64,000 nt of DNA from NCBI GenBank assembly GCA_964234715.1, contig OZ174276.1. One strand, given 5' to 3'. Position numbers and translations under genes: made by a program. Below are positions 62,127-64,000 of this stretch, one piece after another; position 1 is the stretch's first letter; the number at the start of each line of letters is the position of its first letter. Source of the stretch: Podarcis melisellensis (taxonomy: Eukaryota). A model generated the notes under the pieces. That model did not search any database. It was not told the DNA's origin and saw nothing but the letters and a program-made list of their open reading frames with translations.

Positions 62127-63631
62127 GTAAGTTTTACATTGATTTTGTGTTGTTGTCTTTTGGTGTCAGCTTCTTCAGTTGTGTACCAGTGGTAGAAGAA
62201 CAGGATACAAAATTAACAAATAAATATTTCTTCACTTCATTAATCTGGCTGCCACCAGTCAACTTGGGCAGGGTGGGTGGCTGGCCTAGAGCTGCCCAGA
62301 GGAAGATTCTAGTGGAAGCTTCTGGAATTCATTACCTCAAGAATCCACACAACTTTAATTTTAAAAGACCAGTAGGTTTTATCCTTATTTGGAGTTTTTT
62401 TGGTTGCCTGTGACTTGGGATATACTGTGAACCCCTTCATATTTTGAACAAGTTTTCCCATGAGGGTGCTTGCTGATATTTTTGTGAAGCAACAGACCGG
62501 AGTCCCATTAGATGGAATAAGATACTTGCTGTCTGGCCAAAGTGAGGTGGCCGTATAGACTGTTCTGTTCCCGGAGCCATTTTCTGGGTGCTTTCAAAAT
62601 TTGTCTCCTGTACAATGTAAATAAAAGGTTGTAGTCAATGTTAGCCATAGGAGTGTCTGATATGGTAGCAGTTGAAACCTTGTTAAACAAAAGAAGCACG
62701 GGATGGAATCTAATTGGTGCCCCTGTGGTAGTGAAAGGGATTTTGATCCACTTATAGAAGAGGACAGGAAGCAATTTGCACTGATCCCCCTTCTCCTGCT
62801 CCTATTGTTCCTGAAAGGCAACTCAAGAAAGTTGAGGGACCCTCCAGAACAGGGTGGGAGAAGCCTGGGAGGTGGTGGGCTGCAGAGGGAAAGGAAGATT
62901 GGCAAAAATTGTTCCCCCTGCTCTTCCATTAGGTGACTCCTCCAATAGATTCCAGCCTAATTCTCTAGTAATGACTACAGGTGCTGCTGTTTTGCATGGC
63001 TACTATGGAACAATTCTCAGCCAGTAGATAACTGAACCACTTACAGATTAATCCCCATCTAGTGTGTAGGCTTCTCCTGTGAAACGCCTTCTTTCTTTAA
63101 CCCATAGTTGGGGAACCTCTGACCCTACAAATGATGCTCGACTACATCGACCGTCATCCCTGATAGACTGCATCCCCATGGCAGTTTATTCTGTTCCCTC
63201 AGTGTTTCCCTAACTGTTAAATTCCATATTGTATTTGACACAGATATGAAATAGAAGTCACTTCTGGAAATCTAAGGGAATGCAGGGGAAGTTCAGCACT
63301 CTTTTCCATGTTAATTGCTTTCAGGAAAAAAAATCTGTTTGCATTAACTCAGAACATTGCAGGAGGGAAGTGATGAAATTTGGGGCAGTATACCAGCATA
63401 CAGTTCCTTCCTGCTCTTTTCATGAGGGAATAGAAGCATGCCTGAGTGGAAAGGATGAGTGAATAGCAATGTCCAATCATTCTCGTTGTGTCACACCATG
63501 CTGACTGGTGCAAATGAAATTTAGCACGACAGGCCAGTATATTGGTCAAAAGCTTCAATTCTATAATGCAACAGGTACTGAAGGAACCTTAGAAAATGAG
63601 ACAGAAACACTAGCATTATAATCAGATAGAC

Positions 63632-63875
63632 CAGGGGTCAGCAAACTTTTTCAGCAGGGGGCCGGTCCACTGTCCCTCAGACCTTGTGGGGGGGCCGGAC
63701 TATATTTTGGAAAAAAACCTAAATGAACAAATTCCTATGCCCCAGAGATGCATTTTAAATAAAAGGACACATTCTACTCATGTAAAAACACACTGATTCC
63801 TGGACCATCCGCCGGCTGGATTTAGAAGGCGATTGGGCCACATCTGGCCCCCAGGCCTTAGTTTGCCTACCCATG
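63632..63875. mobile_element. hAT MITE, same family as 38530
   Basis: Same termini; TSD AGATAGAC. Confidence 0.88.
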
Positions 63876-64000
63876 AGATAGACTAATATAATATTCCCCA
63901 CATGCATGCACCAATAATTGGCTATGCTAGTGGAGGCTGATGGGAGTTTGAGTCCAACAACGGTTGGAGGGCCTGAAGTTCAGGGCTGCTGAAGTCTTAC

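Overview
Eukaryotic genomic DNA from a squamate reptile, probably a lacertid lizard (Sauria SINE, BovB, L2-tailed tRNA SINEs). The window holds the conserved amniote block WDR82(+) / PPM1M(-) / TWF2(+). WDR82: coding exons 3-9 plus 3'UTR, with the miRNA let-7g in intron 2. PPM1M: complete, 10 coding exons, 1425 nt, 474 aa. TWF2: exons 1-2, separated by an 18 kb intron. Every exon was placed by manual translation and has GT-AG boundaries with consistent phases. Most ORFs in the supplied track are spurious. Non-coding DNA is dense in transposons: Tc1/mariner-type and hAT MITEs, solo LTRs with 5-bp TSDs, SINEs, RTE/BovB, CR1 and Penelope-like pieces. Highlights: (1) a young Penelope-like palindrome in PPM1M intron 1 with a minimal hammerhead ribozyme motif on each strand; (2) a probable muscle-type TWF2b start (MFLILL-) encoded inside the exon-2 splice acceptor, behind a candidate internal promoter; (3) a palindromic bidirectional poly(A) signal between the convergent WDR82 and PPM1M; (4) several nested insertions. 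No prokaryote-type system is present. Gene and family names come from recalled sequence knowledge, not from database searches.
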